Assembly (NCBI GenBank): GCA_947494705.1
Contig: CANLVN010000005.1
Location: forward strand, 7,835-71,834
Origin: an uncultured Erythrobacter sp.
Lineage (GTDB): Bacteria > Pseudomonadota > Alphaproteobacteria > Sphingomonadales > Sphingomonadaceae
Direction of reading: 5' to 3'
DNA: 64,000 nt
Shown: positions 20,807 to 30,048 of the stretch, piece after piece
Layout of the letters: every line of letters starts with the position of its first letter
How positions within the stretch are numbered: the first letter of the stretch is position 1
The notes under the pieces: generated by a model
Told to the model about the DNA's origin: nothing
The model's input: only the letters and a program-made list of their open reading frames with translations
The model's database searches: none
Translations under genes and position numbers: made by a program

Positions 20807-21775
20807 TCACGCCGCCGCGCCTGAATCGGCGCGCTCCATCAGCGCGCGGTAGTGTTCGGCCAGTGTGTCGCTGCCAAATTCAGGCGTGGCATCGGCGCTG
20901 TATTCGCCTGTTTGCGCGTCGAGCACCAACATGCTCTGCGTCGCGTAATAGCGCGCGATGCGGGCATATTCGGCCTTTTCCGCGGCCCAGCCCGATAGGG
21001 GCGCGCCCAGCGAAAGCACGCGTGCCGCCGCGCCGAACAGCCCGACCGGCACGGAGCGGAAACGCGGCTCGCGACCCGCAGCGGCGAACAGCATCTCGCC
21101 CTGTTCGCGCAAGGAGATCGCCGGGCCCGGCCCGCCAATCGGCAGCACGCGCCCACGCTTTTCCGGCTCCACCACGCAATCGGCGATGAAGCGCGCAAGG
21201 TCGCGGTCGCTGATCGGCTTGCAACGGGTGAGTTCGCCATCGTCGAACAGCAGGAACGGCTTGCCCTTGCGCACCCGCTCCACCTGACCCGACAGCGATT
21301 TGAAGAATGCCGTCGGGCGCACGATCGTATGGTCCAGCGACGACGCCTTCAACGCGCGCTCGAACGCGATCTTCGCATGCTGAAACGCGAGCATGGGGCG
21401 TTGTACGCATATTGCAGAGAGCAGGATGAAGTGATCGCACTCCCCCTGTTCCGCGGCCTTGAGCAGGGACAGGTTGGCAAGGAAATCGACCCGTTCGGCA
21501 TCCCTGGGCGAGCCGCTGCGCGAGGCGATGCAGGAGATCACCGTCTCGACCTGCTCTTCATCGATGAGGGCCGTGAGCGCAGGCAAATCCGCCAGGTCGA
21601 CAGCGCGAATGTCGCATCCGGCAAGCTCGTCGGGGACTGTACTGCCCTTGCGCACAAGAGCGACGACTTCGTGCCCGTCCTCCATCAGGGTGCGCGCAAC
21701 CGCGCGCCCGATCGTCCCGCTCGCCCCCGCAAGCGCAATTCGCCTTTTCCCCGCCGATGACCCGTCCTCGCTCAC
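20807..21775 (-). CDS. NAD(P)H-binding reductase resembling 3,8-divinyl (proto)chlorophyllide 8-vinyl reductase (BciA/DVR)
   Basis: GASGTIG, ISCIASRSG, LLSAICVQRPMLAFQHAK, IVRPTAFFKSLSGQVE, KPISDRDLA, EYARIARYYATQSML: a run of motifs typical of BciA/DVR. GTG start at 21775 is inferred. Confidence 0.75.
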   Translation of the reverse strand: MSEDGSSAGKRRIALAGASGTIGRAVARTLMEDGHEVVALVRKGSTVPDELAGCDIRAVDLADLPALTALIDEEQVETVISCIASRSGSPRDAERVDFLANLSLLKAAEQGECDHFILLSAICVQRPMLAFQHAKIAFERALKASSLDHTIVRPTAFFKSLSGQVERVRKGKPFLLFDDGELTRCKPISDRDLARFIADCVVEPEKRGRVLPIGGPGPAISLREQGEMLFAAAGREPRFRSVPVGLFGAAARVLSLGAPLSGWAAEKAEYARIARYYATQSMLVLDAQTGEYSADATPEFGSDTLAEHYRALMERADSGAAA

Positions 21776-21883
21776 GCAACCACACCTAGCAGGGCGGCGT
21801 GGACCGTCAATTTGCGGTTGCCTTTTCGCCATTCCCTTGGGCTGCGTGCGCCGCTAACCTTCGGGCCGGAGGGGAGTTCGGGC

Positions 21884-23695
21884 ATGGCGAAAAGGATCTG
21901 CATGGGCGCGATGGCGGTGCTGGCCGCAATCATGCTCACCGGGACAAGAGGCGAGATCGACACCGGGCCGCCCGAACCTGCACGACAGACCGACACGCCG
22001 CCCAATATCGTCCTGATACTCGCTGACGATGTCGCTCTGATGGACTTCGGAGCCTATGGCGGCGAAGCGCGCACGCCGCATATCGACGCCCTCGCCGCAC
22101 GCGGCGCCATGCTGACCCATTATCGAGCCTCGCCCCTTTGCGCTCCGTCGCGCGCAATGCTGCTGACCGGTCTCGACAACCACCTGACCGGCGTGTCGAC
22201 CATACCCGAGGTCCTCCCGCCGGAGCAGAAGGGCAAGCCGGGTTACACGATGGCGCTCGAGGAGGGTGTGCTGACGCTTGCCGACCACTTGCGCGCAAGC
22301 GGCTATCGCACCCTGATGAGCGGCAAGTGGCACCTCGGCGAAGCGGCCGACGAAATGCCGCAGGCTCACGGTTTCGACCGCAGCTTCGCGCTCGCGGCGT
22401 CAGGCGCGGACAATTGGGAGGACCGCCCCTATATCCCGTATTACAAAGACGCGCCCTGGTGGGAGGATGGCGAGGAAACGGGCCTGCCGGAAAACTTCTA
22501 TTCCTCGCGCTTCTTCATCGACAAGACCATCGAATATCTGGGCGAGAGCGACAGCACCAAGCCGTTCTTCGCCTACATACCGTTTCAGGCCGTGCACATC
22601 CCGGTGCAGGCTCCGCAACAATTCATCGATCGATATGCCGGTCGCTATGATGCAGGCTGGGATGCCTTGCGGGCCGAGCGCCATGCAACCGCGCAGCAAC
22701 TGGGGCTGGCTCCCGAAGGTGCGCCGATGGCGGCTCTTCCCGAAGACCACCGCCCCTGGGATTCGCTCACCGACGAGGAGCGGGCGCTTTATGCCGCGCG
22801 CATGGAGGTTCATGCCGCAATGATCGAGGCAATGGATCATCACATCGGACGCCTGATCGACCACCTCGAGGCAACCGGCGAATATGAGAACACGATCTTC
22901 GTGGTCAGCTCGGACAATGGCGCGGAACCCTCGCGCGGCGACGACTCGCTCGTCATGGCCGGTTATCATGCACTGAGCGGATACGATATCGGGCTGGAGA
23001 CGATGGGCGGACCGGGGCATTGGGGCTTCATCGGTCCCGAATGGGCGGCCGCGACGACGACACCGGGGGCATGGTTCAAATTCTACTCGACCGAAGGCGG
23101 CGTGCGGGTGCCCATGATCATGGCCGGTCCGGGGATCGAGGCATCCACACCCGATGCGCCCGCAATGATCACCGATATCGCGCCCACCTTGCTCGAGTGG
23201 GCGGGCGTCGAACCGATCGAGCCCGGTGGAGCACGACGAATGACCGGGCGCAGCCTAATGCCGATGCTCGCCGGAGAGGTCGATAGCGTCTATGCTCCCG
23301 ACGAAGTGCGCGCGATCGAGGTTTCGGGAAATTCGGCGCTCTACAAAGGCGATTACAAGATCACCCGCAGCGTGCCGCCGGTGGGCGACAACCAGTGGCG
23401 ATTGTTCAACCTCGCCGTCGATCCCGGAGAGACGACCGACCTTTCAGCGCGCGAGCCTGAAGTGCTCGCCGACCTGCTGTCGGAATACGATGCCTATGCC
23501 GAGCGCACCGGCGTGCTGGCCATGCCGGAGGGGTACAATTCGCTGCGGCAAATCCTCAACAACACCGTGTCGAGGATGCTCGACAATTACCCGTGGCTTT
23601 ACGCGGTGCTCGCAGCCTTCCTATTGCTCCCGTTCGTGTTGATCTGGCTGGTCATAAGAGTGCTGAAGCGGCGGCGCGCGGCGCGTCCAAACTGA
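21884..23695 (+). CDS. Arylsulfatase (formylglycine-dependent) with N-terminal signal/anchor and C-terminal TM helix
   Basis: PNIVLILADD, CAPSRAMLLTG (CxPxR), GKWHLG, SSDNG; C-terminus WLYAVLAAFLLLPFVLIWLVIRVLKRRRAARPN. Confidence 0.92.
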   Translation: MAKRICMGAMAVLAAIMLTGTRGEIDTGPPEPARQTDTPPNIVLILADDVALMDFGAYGGEARTPHIDALAARGAMLTHYRASPLCAPSRAMLLTGLDNHLTGVSTIPEVLPPEQKGKPGYTMALEEGVLTLADHLRASGYRTLMSGKWHLGEAADEMPQAHGFDRSFALAASGADNWEDRPYIPYYKDAPWWEDGEETGLPENFYSSRFFIDKTIEYLGESDSTKPFFAYIPFQAVHIPVQAPQQFIDRYAGRYDAGWDALRAERHATAQQLGLAPEGAPMAALPEDHRPWDSLTDEERALYAARMEVHAAMIEAMDHHIGRLIDHLEATGEYENTIFVVSSDNGAEPSRGDDSLVMAGYHALSGYDIGLETMGGPGHWGFIGPEWAAATTTPGAWFKFYSTEGGVRVPMIMAGPGIEASTPDAPAMITDIAPTLLEWAGVEPIEPGGARRMTGRSLMPMLAGEVDSVYAPDEVRAIEVSGNSALYKGDYKITRSVPPVGDNQWRLFNLAVDPGETTDLSAREPEVLADLLSEYDAYAERTGVLAMPEGYNSLRQILNNTVSRMLDNYPWLYAVLAAFLLLPFVLIWLVIRVLKRRRAARPN

Positions 23696-23707
23696 AAAGG
23701 TTTTGCC

Positions 23708-24919
23708 ATGAATGTCGATTTCGCCCCCGAGCTTGAGGCGTTCCGAGCCGAGGTCGCCGAATTCTTCGCCACCGCGCCGACCCCTGCAATCCGCGAGGCG
23801 GGCCGCAAGACGACCAGTGTCTTTGCACCGTTCAAGGAATGTATGGAATGGCACCGGATGCTCTACGATCGCGGCTGGGCCGCGCCGCATTGGCCGAAGG
23901 AATATGGCGGGACCGGATGGAGCGTCGAACAGCGTTTCATCTTCGCCGAGGAATATCGCAAGGCCGACCTGCCTCCGCTTCTGCCCCAGAGCCTCGGCAT
24001 GGTCGGGCCGCTGCTGATCGATCTCGGCACCGAGGAGCAGAAGGCGAAGTACCTGCCCCCGATCCTCAACGGCGAGGATTTCTGGGCGCAGGGCTATTCC
24101 GAACCGGGATCGGGCAGCGATCTTGCCTCGCTGTCCTGCCGGGCCGACGCCGATGGCGACGATTACATCATCAACGGGTCGAAGATCTGGACGACCTACG
24201 CGCACCACGCCAATCGCATGTTCATGCTGGTGCGCACCAGTTCAGAGGGCAAGAAGCAGCAGGGCATTACCTTCCTGCTGCTCGACCGGATGGACTATCC
24301 CGGCATGGAGGTGCGCCCGATCGTCGGGCTCGACGGCTTTCCCGAACAATGCGAGGTGTTCTTCGACAATGTCCGCGTGCCGCAATCGGGGCGCCTGGGT
24401 GAGGAAAACGATGGCTGGAGCGTCGCCAAGCACCTGCTCACCCACGAACGCGGCGGCGCCAATGCGGCGAGCCCGACATTGATGCGTTATATCGAGCGCG
24501 CGCGCGAAGCGGCGTCGCAAACGCCCTCGCCATTCGGCGGGATGATGAGCGATGACCCGGTGTTCCAGCGCGATATCGGCGAATTGGAAGCGGACATCGC
24601 CTCGCTCGGCCATTTCGAGAAGCTTGCGATCAGCGGTCATGAAATCGCGCGCGATCCGGCCTTTCCTTCGATGAACAAGACCATCAATTCCGAGCTGATC
24701 CAGCGCGCCTCTGTCCTGATGAGCCAGGTTTCCGGCGTGTCGGGGCTGGCGCGACAGCTGGAGGCGCTGCGCGTCGGATCGAATGTCGAACCGCAGGGCA
24801 GCGAGTTCGACCTGATCGCCATGCCGCTTTACCTCAACAGCCGCGCGACCACGATCTATGCCGGCTCGAACGAAGTCCAGCGCGACCTGATCGCGCGCGG
24901 CATGGCAGCTGGAGCCTGA
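23708..24919 (+). CDS. Acyl-CoA dehydrogenase (PimC/FadE large-subunit type)
   Basis: WAQGYSEPGSGSDLASL, INGSKIWTT, KQQGITFLL, TTIYAGSNEVQR. Confidence 0.92.
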   Translation: MNVDFAPELEAFRAEVAEFFATAPTPAIREAGRKTTSVFAPFKECMEWHRMLYDRGWAAPHWPKEYGGTGWSVEQRFIFAEEYRKADLPPLLPQSLGMVGPLLIDLGTEEQKAKYLPPILNGEDFWAQGYSEPGSGSDLASLSCRADADGDDYIINGSKIWTTYAHHANRMFMLVRTSSEGKKQQGITFLLLDRMDYPGMEVRPIVGLDGFPEQCEVFFDNVRVPQSGRLGEENDGWSVAKHLLTHERGGANAASPTLMRYIERAREAASQTPSPFGGMMSDDPVFQRDIGELEADIASLGHFEKLAISGHEIARDPAFPSMNKTINSELIQRASVLMSQVSGVSGLARQLEALRVGSNVEPQGSEFDLIAMPLYLNSRATTIYAGSNEVQRDLIARGMAAGA

Positions 24920-24923
24920 GACG

Positions 24924-26009
24924 ATGGATTTCAGCTTTTCCGACGAGCAGACGATGCTGCGCGACAGCGTGGCGCGGTATCTTGAGAAGAATTACGACTT
25001 CGACACGCGCAAGGCGCTGGTGGCGTCCGAAGCTGGCTGGTCGGCGGATGTGTGGGCGCAGTTTGCCGAACTGGGCCTGCTGGCACTGCCCTTCAGCGAG
25101 GAACAGGGCGGGCTCGGCGGCTCGATCGACGATCAGGTCGCCTTCGCGCAGAGCTTCGGCAGGCATCTTGTGGTCGAGCCTTACGTCCATGCGGTGATCC
25201 TCGCAGGGATGGCGCTGGCCGAGGGCCGTGAGGACGAATGGGTCGAGAAGATTGCCGCAGGCGAGGCAGTGGCCGCCTTCGCTTACGAAGAAGGCAACGG
25301 CACCCCCTCGCCCGCGATGATCGCGATGCAGTCAAGCGCGTCGGGTGACGGTCACACACTGACCGGCGAAAAGCGGCTGGTGGTCGCCGGAGCGCAGGCC
25401 GACATCCTCGTTGTCGCGGCCCGCATGGGCGATGGCGGGCCGCTCGCGCTGTTTGCGGTCGAACCGGGAGCGGCGGGGCTTGCAGCCGCGCCTTATACCA
25501 CCATCGACGGCTTCGCTGCGGCGAATATGCGCTTCGACGATGTGTCCGCCAAGCTGCTGATCGAGGATGCGGGAGAAACGCTAAACCGCATTATCGGCCA
25601 CGTTATCATCGTCCAGTCCGCGCAGGCGGTCGGCGCGATGGAGGCGCTGGTGAAGATCAGCGGCGAATACGCCATGACCCGCAAGCAATTCGGCCAGCCG
25701 ATCGCAGGTTTCCAGTCGATCGCGCACCGCCTCGCCGACATGAAGATCGCTTACACCCGCGCGCTGGCGACGATGCTCTACACCACCGCGCTCGGCAATT
25801 CCGGCGGCCTGGGCGCGCGCGACATCCACGTGCTGAAAGGCCAGCTGGGCAAGACCGGGCGCGAGATCGGCGAAAGCGCGATCCAGATTCATGGTGGGCT
25901 GGGCCTGACCGACGAACTGAACGTGGGCCATTATCACAAGCGCCTGCTCGCCTATGACGCGCAATTCGGCGATCATGGCTATCACATGCGAATGCTTGGC
26001 AAAGGCTAA
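24924..26009 (+). CDS. Acyl-CoA dehydrogenase (PimD/FadE small-subunit type)
   Basis: MDFSFSDEQTMLRDSV, RKQFGQPIAGFQSIAHRLADM, AIQIHGGLG; lacks the SEP...SD motif, as partner subunits of heteromeric ACADs do. Confidence 0.88.
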   Translation: MDFSFSDEQTMLRDSVARYLEKNYDFDTRKALVASEAGWSADVWAQFAELGLLALPFSEEQGGLGGSIDDQVAFAQSFGRHLVVEPYVHAVILAGMALAEGREDEWVEKIAAGEAVAAFAYEEGNGTPSPAMIAMQSSASGDGHTLTGEKRLVVAGAQADILVVAARMGDGGPLALFAVEPGAAGLAAAPYTTIDGFAAANMRFDDVSAKLLIEDAGETLNRIIGHVIIVQSAQAVGAMEALVKISGEYAMTRKQFGQPIAGFQSIAHRLADMKIAYTRALATMLYTTALGNSGGLGARDIHVLKGQLGKTGREIGESAIQIHGGLGLTDELNVGHYHKRLLAYDAQFGDHGYHMRMLGKG

Positions 26010-26013
26010 GGCG

Positions 26014-28230
26014 TCACAACAGCTTTTCCAGCCGAACCGGCAGGTCGCGGATGCGCGTGCCGGTTGCATGCCAGATGGCATCGGTGATGGCCGCGGGCGT
26101 GCCGACATTGGCCAGCTCGCCGATACCCTTCACGCCCAGCACGTTTATCTCGTCGTCGCGTTCGGGGACCATGACGATATTCACTTCCCCGATATCGGCA
26201 TTCACCGGGATCAGATATTCCGCGATATTGTCGTTGGTATAGCGCGCGCGCTTGTGATCGATTTCGGTCGCCTCGTGAAGAGCGCTGCCGATTCCCCAGA
26301 TCAGTCCGCCCAGATACTGGCTGTGGGCGGTGCGCGGGTTCATGATGTGCCCTGCGGCAAAGGCGCCATGGATGCGCGGCACACGGATTTCGCGCGTGCG
26401 CTCGTTTACGCGCACTTCGACCATCTCCGCTCCGAAAGCGAACATGGTCCGCTCGTCCATATTACCGCCCGTGATCCGAACGCCGCCGTCATACATCGCC
26501 TGCAAGGCATCCTCGCCCATGCCCGGCGGAGTCCAGCGGCCGAGCACTTCGATTTCGGGCTCGCTCATTCCGGCCATCGCCGCCGCACGTTCATCGGTCG
26601 AGGCATCGGATGACAGGCCCAGTTCCTCGACAATCCGGTCGCACGCATTGGCCACCGCGCTGGTGACACTGGCGGTGGATATCGAACCGCCCGAGATCGG
26701 ACCGGGAGGCAGACGGCTGTCGCCCATGCGCACTTCTATGCGCTGTGGATCGATGCCCAGCCGCTCGCCCGCCGCCTGCGCGGCAATGGTGTAGCAGCCC
26801 GTGCCCACGTCGTGCGCTGCAACTTCGATCAGCGCGCTGCCATTGCGGCGCACGATCAATCGAGCGGTCGAGGGGCCCATTTGCGTCGGATACATCGCCA
26901 TCGAGCATCCCCAGCCGATCAGCCAGTCGCCTTCGCGCATCGAGCCCGGACGCGGATCTCGACCAGTCCATCCAAAGCTGTCGGCCACCGCGTCCAGGCA
27001 CTGGTTCAGTGAGCGGGAGGTGTAGGGCGCACCGTTGACCGGGTTGACCCGCGTATCGTTGATCTTGCGGAATTCCACGGGATCAATCCCGGCTTCTGCG
27101 GCAAGCTCGTTCATCGCAGCTTCCAGAGCGTAGATGGTCGGCACCTCCGCCGGAGAACGCATGAAGGTCGGCACGTTGCGATCGCCCTGCACCACATATT
27201 CGTCGGTGCGCACGGCATCGAAGGCATACATCGCCGCACATTTGTCGAGACCCCCGTTGTAATAGGGCGTCGTGCGGGCCGTGAACTCCCAAGAGCGGTG
27301 ATCGTATCCGGTCAGGCGGCCATTCGCATCGCATCCGAGGCGCACGCTCTGGCGGGTTTCCTGGCGGTGGCCTGAATGAGTGAAGCCCTGGTCGCGCATG
27401 GCCACCAGCTTGACCGGTCGGCCCAGCCGCTTCGCAGCCAACGCGGCCAGAGCCGTGCGGTGCGTCACCGCGCCTTTCGATCCGAAGGCTCCGCCGACGA
27501 AGGGCGACTTGACCCGGACATTGTCCGCATCGACCTGCATCAGGTCGGCGGCTGAATGTTTGAGCCCCCAGACATATTGGCTCGGCTCGTGCAGGACGAG
27601 GCGCCCGCCTTCCCAATAAGCCGTGGTCGAGAACAGCTCGATAGGGTTGTGATGCTGGATCGGCGTCCGATATTCCGCGTCGATCGTATGCGCCGAATTA
27701 GCCAGCGCAGCCTCGGCATCGTTGAAGCGTATGGGCTCGTATTCCGGATTGATATCGCCCAGCGCTTTTTCGGTCGCACCGGCATCGCCGAAAGTGGCGG
27801 TAGGGCTTTCTTCGGCATAGGAAATCGCGAGCTTGTAAGAGGCTTCGCGCGCCGCTTCGAACGTGTCCGCGACGATCAGGGCGACGGGCTGTCCGTCATG
27901 GTGCACTTCGGGACCGGCCAACGGGCCGACTTCGGTAATCGCCAGGCCGCCATTGGCGAACGTCTCCAGCTTTCCCAGTTGCCCGACATTTTCGTGCGTC
28001 ACGATCAATTGCACGCCGGGTATCGCACGCGCCTCGGTATCGTCGATCGCCGTAATGCGGCCCTTCGCAATTCCCGATGTCACCATCCATGCATAGGCCG
28101 GGCGACCCGGAACAGGCAGGTCTTCGGCATAGATTTTTGCGCCTGTGACTTTCTGCAGCGCTTCGTAGCGGGCGACGGGCTTGCCCATATTGTCCTTGGA
28201 AGCGGGAACCGGTGTGTAGTCCTGAGCCAT
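26014..28230 (-). CDS. Xanthine-dehydrogenase-family molybdopterin subunit (PaoC/YagR-like)
   Basis: KVTGAKIYA, HHNPIELFST, FVGGAFGSKG, MRSPAEVP, HDVGTG, GVKGIGELANVG. Confidence 0.9.
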   Translation of the reverse strand: MAQDYTPVPASKDNMGKPVARYEALQKVTGAKIYAEDLPVPGRPAYAWMVTSGIAKGRITAIDDTEARAIPGVQLIVTHENVGQLGKLETFANGGLAITEVGPLAGPEVHHDGQPVALIVADTFEAAREASYKLAISYAEESPTATFGDAGATEKALGDINPEYEPIRFNDAEAALANSAHTIDAEYRTPIQHHNPIELFSTTAYWEGGRLVLHEPSQYVWGLKHSAADLMQVDADNVRVKSPFVGGAFGSKGAVTHRTALAALAAKRLGRPVKLVAMRDQGFTHSGHRQETRQSVRLGCDANGRLTGYDHRSWEFTARTTPYYNGGLDKCAAMYAFDAVRTDEYVVQGDRNVPTFMRSPAEVPTIYALEAAMNELAAEAGIDPVEFRKINDTRVNPVNGAPYTSRSLNQCLDAVADSFGWTGRDPRPGSMREGDWLIGWGCSMAMYPTQMGPSTARLIVRRNGSALIEVAAHDVGTGCYTIAAQAAGERLGIDPQRIEVRMGDSRLPPGPISGGSISTASVTSAVANACDRIVEELGLSSDASTDERAAAMAGMSEPEIEVLGRWTPPGMGEDALQAMYDGGVRITGGNMDERTMFAFGAEMVEVRVNERTREIRVPRIHGAFAAGHIMNPRTAHSQYLGGLIWGIGSALHEATEIDHKRARYTNDNIAEYLIPVNADIGEVNIVMVPERDDEINVLGVKGIGELANVGTPAAITDAIWHATGTRIRDLPVRLEKLL

Positions 28231-28234
28231 TCTA

Positions 28235-29227
28235 TCAGCCCTCCATCCGTGCGGTTTCGAGCAGCGCGCGCACCATGGTGCGTTTGCCCAGGTCGACCTT
28301 GAACGCGTTTTCTTCGGTCGTGGTTGCGCCGGCGAAGGCGATTTGCGCCGCGCGTTCCAGCGCGCTTTCGTCCAGCGGCCCTCCGCGCAAGGACGCTTCG
28401 GCTTCTTTCGCGCGCCATGGCACGGTCGCGACACCGCCCAGTCCGAGCCGCACATCGGCGACCGTATCGCCTTCCATCCGCAGGGCGGTGGCGGCGGATG
28501 CCAGCGCATAGGCGTAGGATTCGCGGTCCCTGACCTTCAGGTATTTCGAGCGGGGGAAAGCGGCATCCTCGATGGAAAAGGCGACGATGAGGTCCCCTTC
28601 TTTCAGCATGGTTTCCCGGTCCGGCTTCCCACCGGGCAAGACATGCATGTCGGCAAAGCGCACCGAACGCGGACCGTCGGGTGACAGGATCTCCACCACC
28701 GCGTCCAGAGCGATCAACGCCTGTGCGAAGTCGCCGGGATAGGTGGCGATGCATTGGTCCGACGTGCCCAGCACCGCGTGATGGCGGGTCACCCCGCCGT
28801 CCAGCGCAGCGCAGCCCGAGCCGGGCACGCGCTTGTTGCATTGCGCGTAGCTGGTGTCGCGGAAATAGGGGCAGCGCGTGCGTTGCAGCACATTGCCGGA
28901 GATGCGCGCCATGTTGCGAATTTGCGGGCTCGCCGCGAGCCACAGGGCATCGGACAGAACCGGAGCACGGCGGCGCACCTGTTCGTCATCCGCCAGCTTC
29001 GCCATCGTGGTCAGCGCGCCGATGCGCAGGGCATCGCCGTCCCACCGGATGAAGTCATAGCGCCCACCTTCCAGCCCGGAAATGTCGACGAGGCGCGTGG
29101 GGCGCTGAACATCCAGCTTCATGAGGTCCACCATCGTGGTGCCCCCGGCAAGATAGTGCGTGCCCGGACCCGAGGAAGCGACTGCGCCGACAGCCGTTTC
29201 GGCGCGTTCGTAATAAAATGGGCGCAT
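28235..29227 (-). CDS. Xanthine-dehydrogenase-family FAD subunit (PaoB/YagS-like)
   Basis: YLAGGTTMVDLMK, ASPQIRNMA, LQRTRCPYFRD...CNKRVPGSGC (extra 4Fe-4S insert as in PaoB), YLKVRDRESYAYAL. Confidence 0.9.
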   Translation of the reverse strand: MRPFYYERAETAVGAVASSGPGTHYLAGGTTMVDLMKLDVQRPTRLVDISGLEGGRYDFIRWDGDALRIGALTTMAKLADDEQVRRRAPVLSDALWLAASPQIRNMARISGNVLQRTRCPYFRDTSYAQCNKRVPGSGCAALDGGVTRHHAVLGTSDQCIATYPGDFAQALIALDAVVEILSPDGPRSVRFADMHVLPGGKPDRETMLKEGDLIVAFSIEDAAFPRSKYLKVRDRESYAYALASAATALRMEGDTVADVRLGLGGVATVPWRAKEAEASLRGGPLDESALERAAQIAFAGATTTEENAFKVDLGKRTMVRALLETARMEG

Positions 29228-29231
29228 CGGA

Positions 29232-29846
29232 TCAGCCCCCCATCTCGGTACGCGCCTGCTTCACGGCGGCGACAATGTTAGGATAGGCAGCACAGCGGCA
29301 CAAATTGCCCGACATGTATTCGCGGATCTCCGCATCGCTGCCCGCATGCCCTTCGGTAATGCAGGCCACGCCCGACATGATCTGCCCCGGCGTGCAATAT
29401 CCGCACTGGAATGCGTCGTTTTCGACAAAGGCACGCTGCATCGGGTGCAGGTTGTCCTCGTCGCTCAGCCCCTCGATGGTGACGACCTTGGTGCCCTCGG
29501 CCTGCGCGGCCAGGGTCAGGCAGGAGAGGGTGCGCTGTCCGTCGACATGAACGGTACAGGCTCCGCACTGGCCGTGATCGCATCCTTTTTTCGACCCGGT
29601 GAGTTCGAGCTCGTGGCGCAGGACGTCGAGCAAGGTGGAGCGCGTATCGATGGTGAGATCGCGCCGCTGCCCGTTGATATCGAGCGAGACTTCGATGCGC
29701 TGCACCGACGGTCCGGTAGCGGAAGCGCCGCCAGCGCTCATCGATTGCGCCCGGGCTCCCATCGGCAACATCGCCGCGCCCGCCGCGCCGCCTTTCATCA
29801 GAGTGCGGCGGCTGAAATTGTCGAACCGGTCGTGGTCGTCGCTCAT
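29232..29846 (-). CDS. 2Fe-2S subunit with Tat signal (PaoA/YagT-like)
   Basis: Twin-arginine SRRTLMK; KKGCDHGQCGACTV; FQCGYCTPGQ; MSGNLCRCAAY. Confidence 0.92.
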   Translation of the reverse strand: MSDDHDRFDNFSRRTLMKGGAAGAAMLPMGARAQSMSAGGASATGPSVQRIEVSLDINGQRRDLTIDTRSTLLDVLRHELELTGSKKGCDHGQCGACTVHVDGQRTLSCLTLAAQAEGTKVVTIEGLSDEDNLHPMQRAFVENDAFQCGYCTPGQIMSGVACITEGHAGSDAEIREYMSGNLCRCAAYPNIVAAVKQARTEMGG

Positions 29847-30048
29847 CAACGGTCTCCTGTTTGTTCAGCGACGATGCGATCGCTGAAGCCATGTGTCAGG
29901 AGAACTGTCGTGGGCGAAATAACATACGTTAGGTTCCGGGCGATGCGAGCCGACACAGTCGCACCGACGAACCTTCCATGCAGAGGTGGTGCAGTTCGGA
30001 GGCCCCGCCCCCGAACTGCAAGCTGTGGGCCGGTTTCACCGGCGCCGC

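Noticed and set aside
20607-20810. 67-aa ORF overlapping the SSS start
   Set aside because: No RBS or recognisable motif; more likely promoter/UTR sequence.
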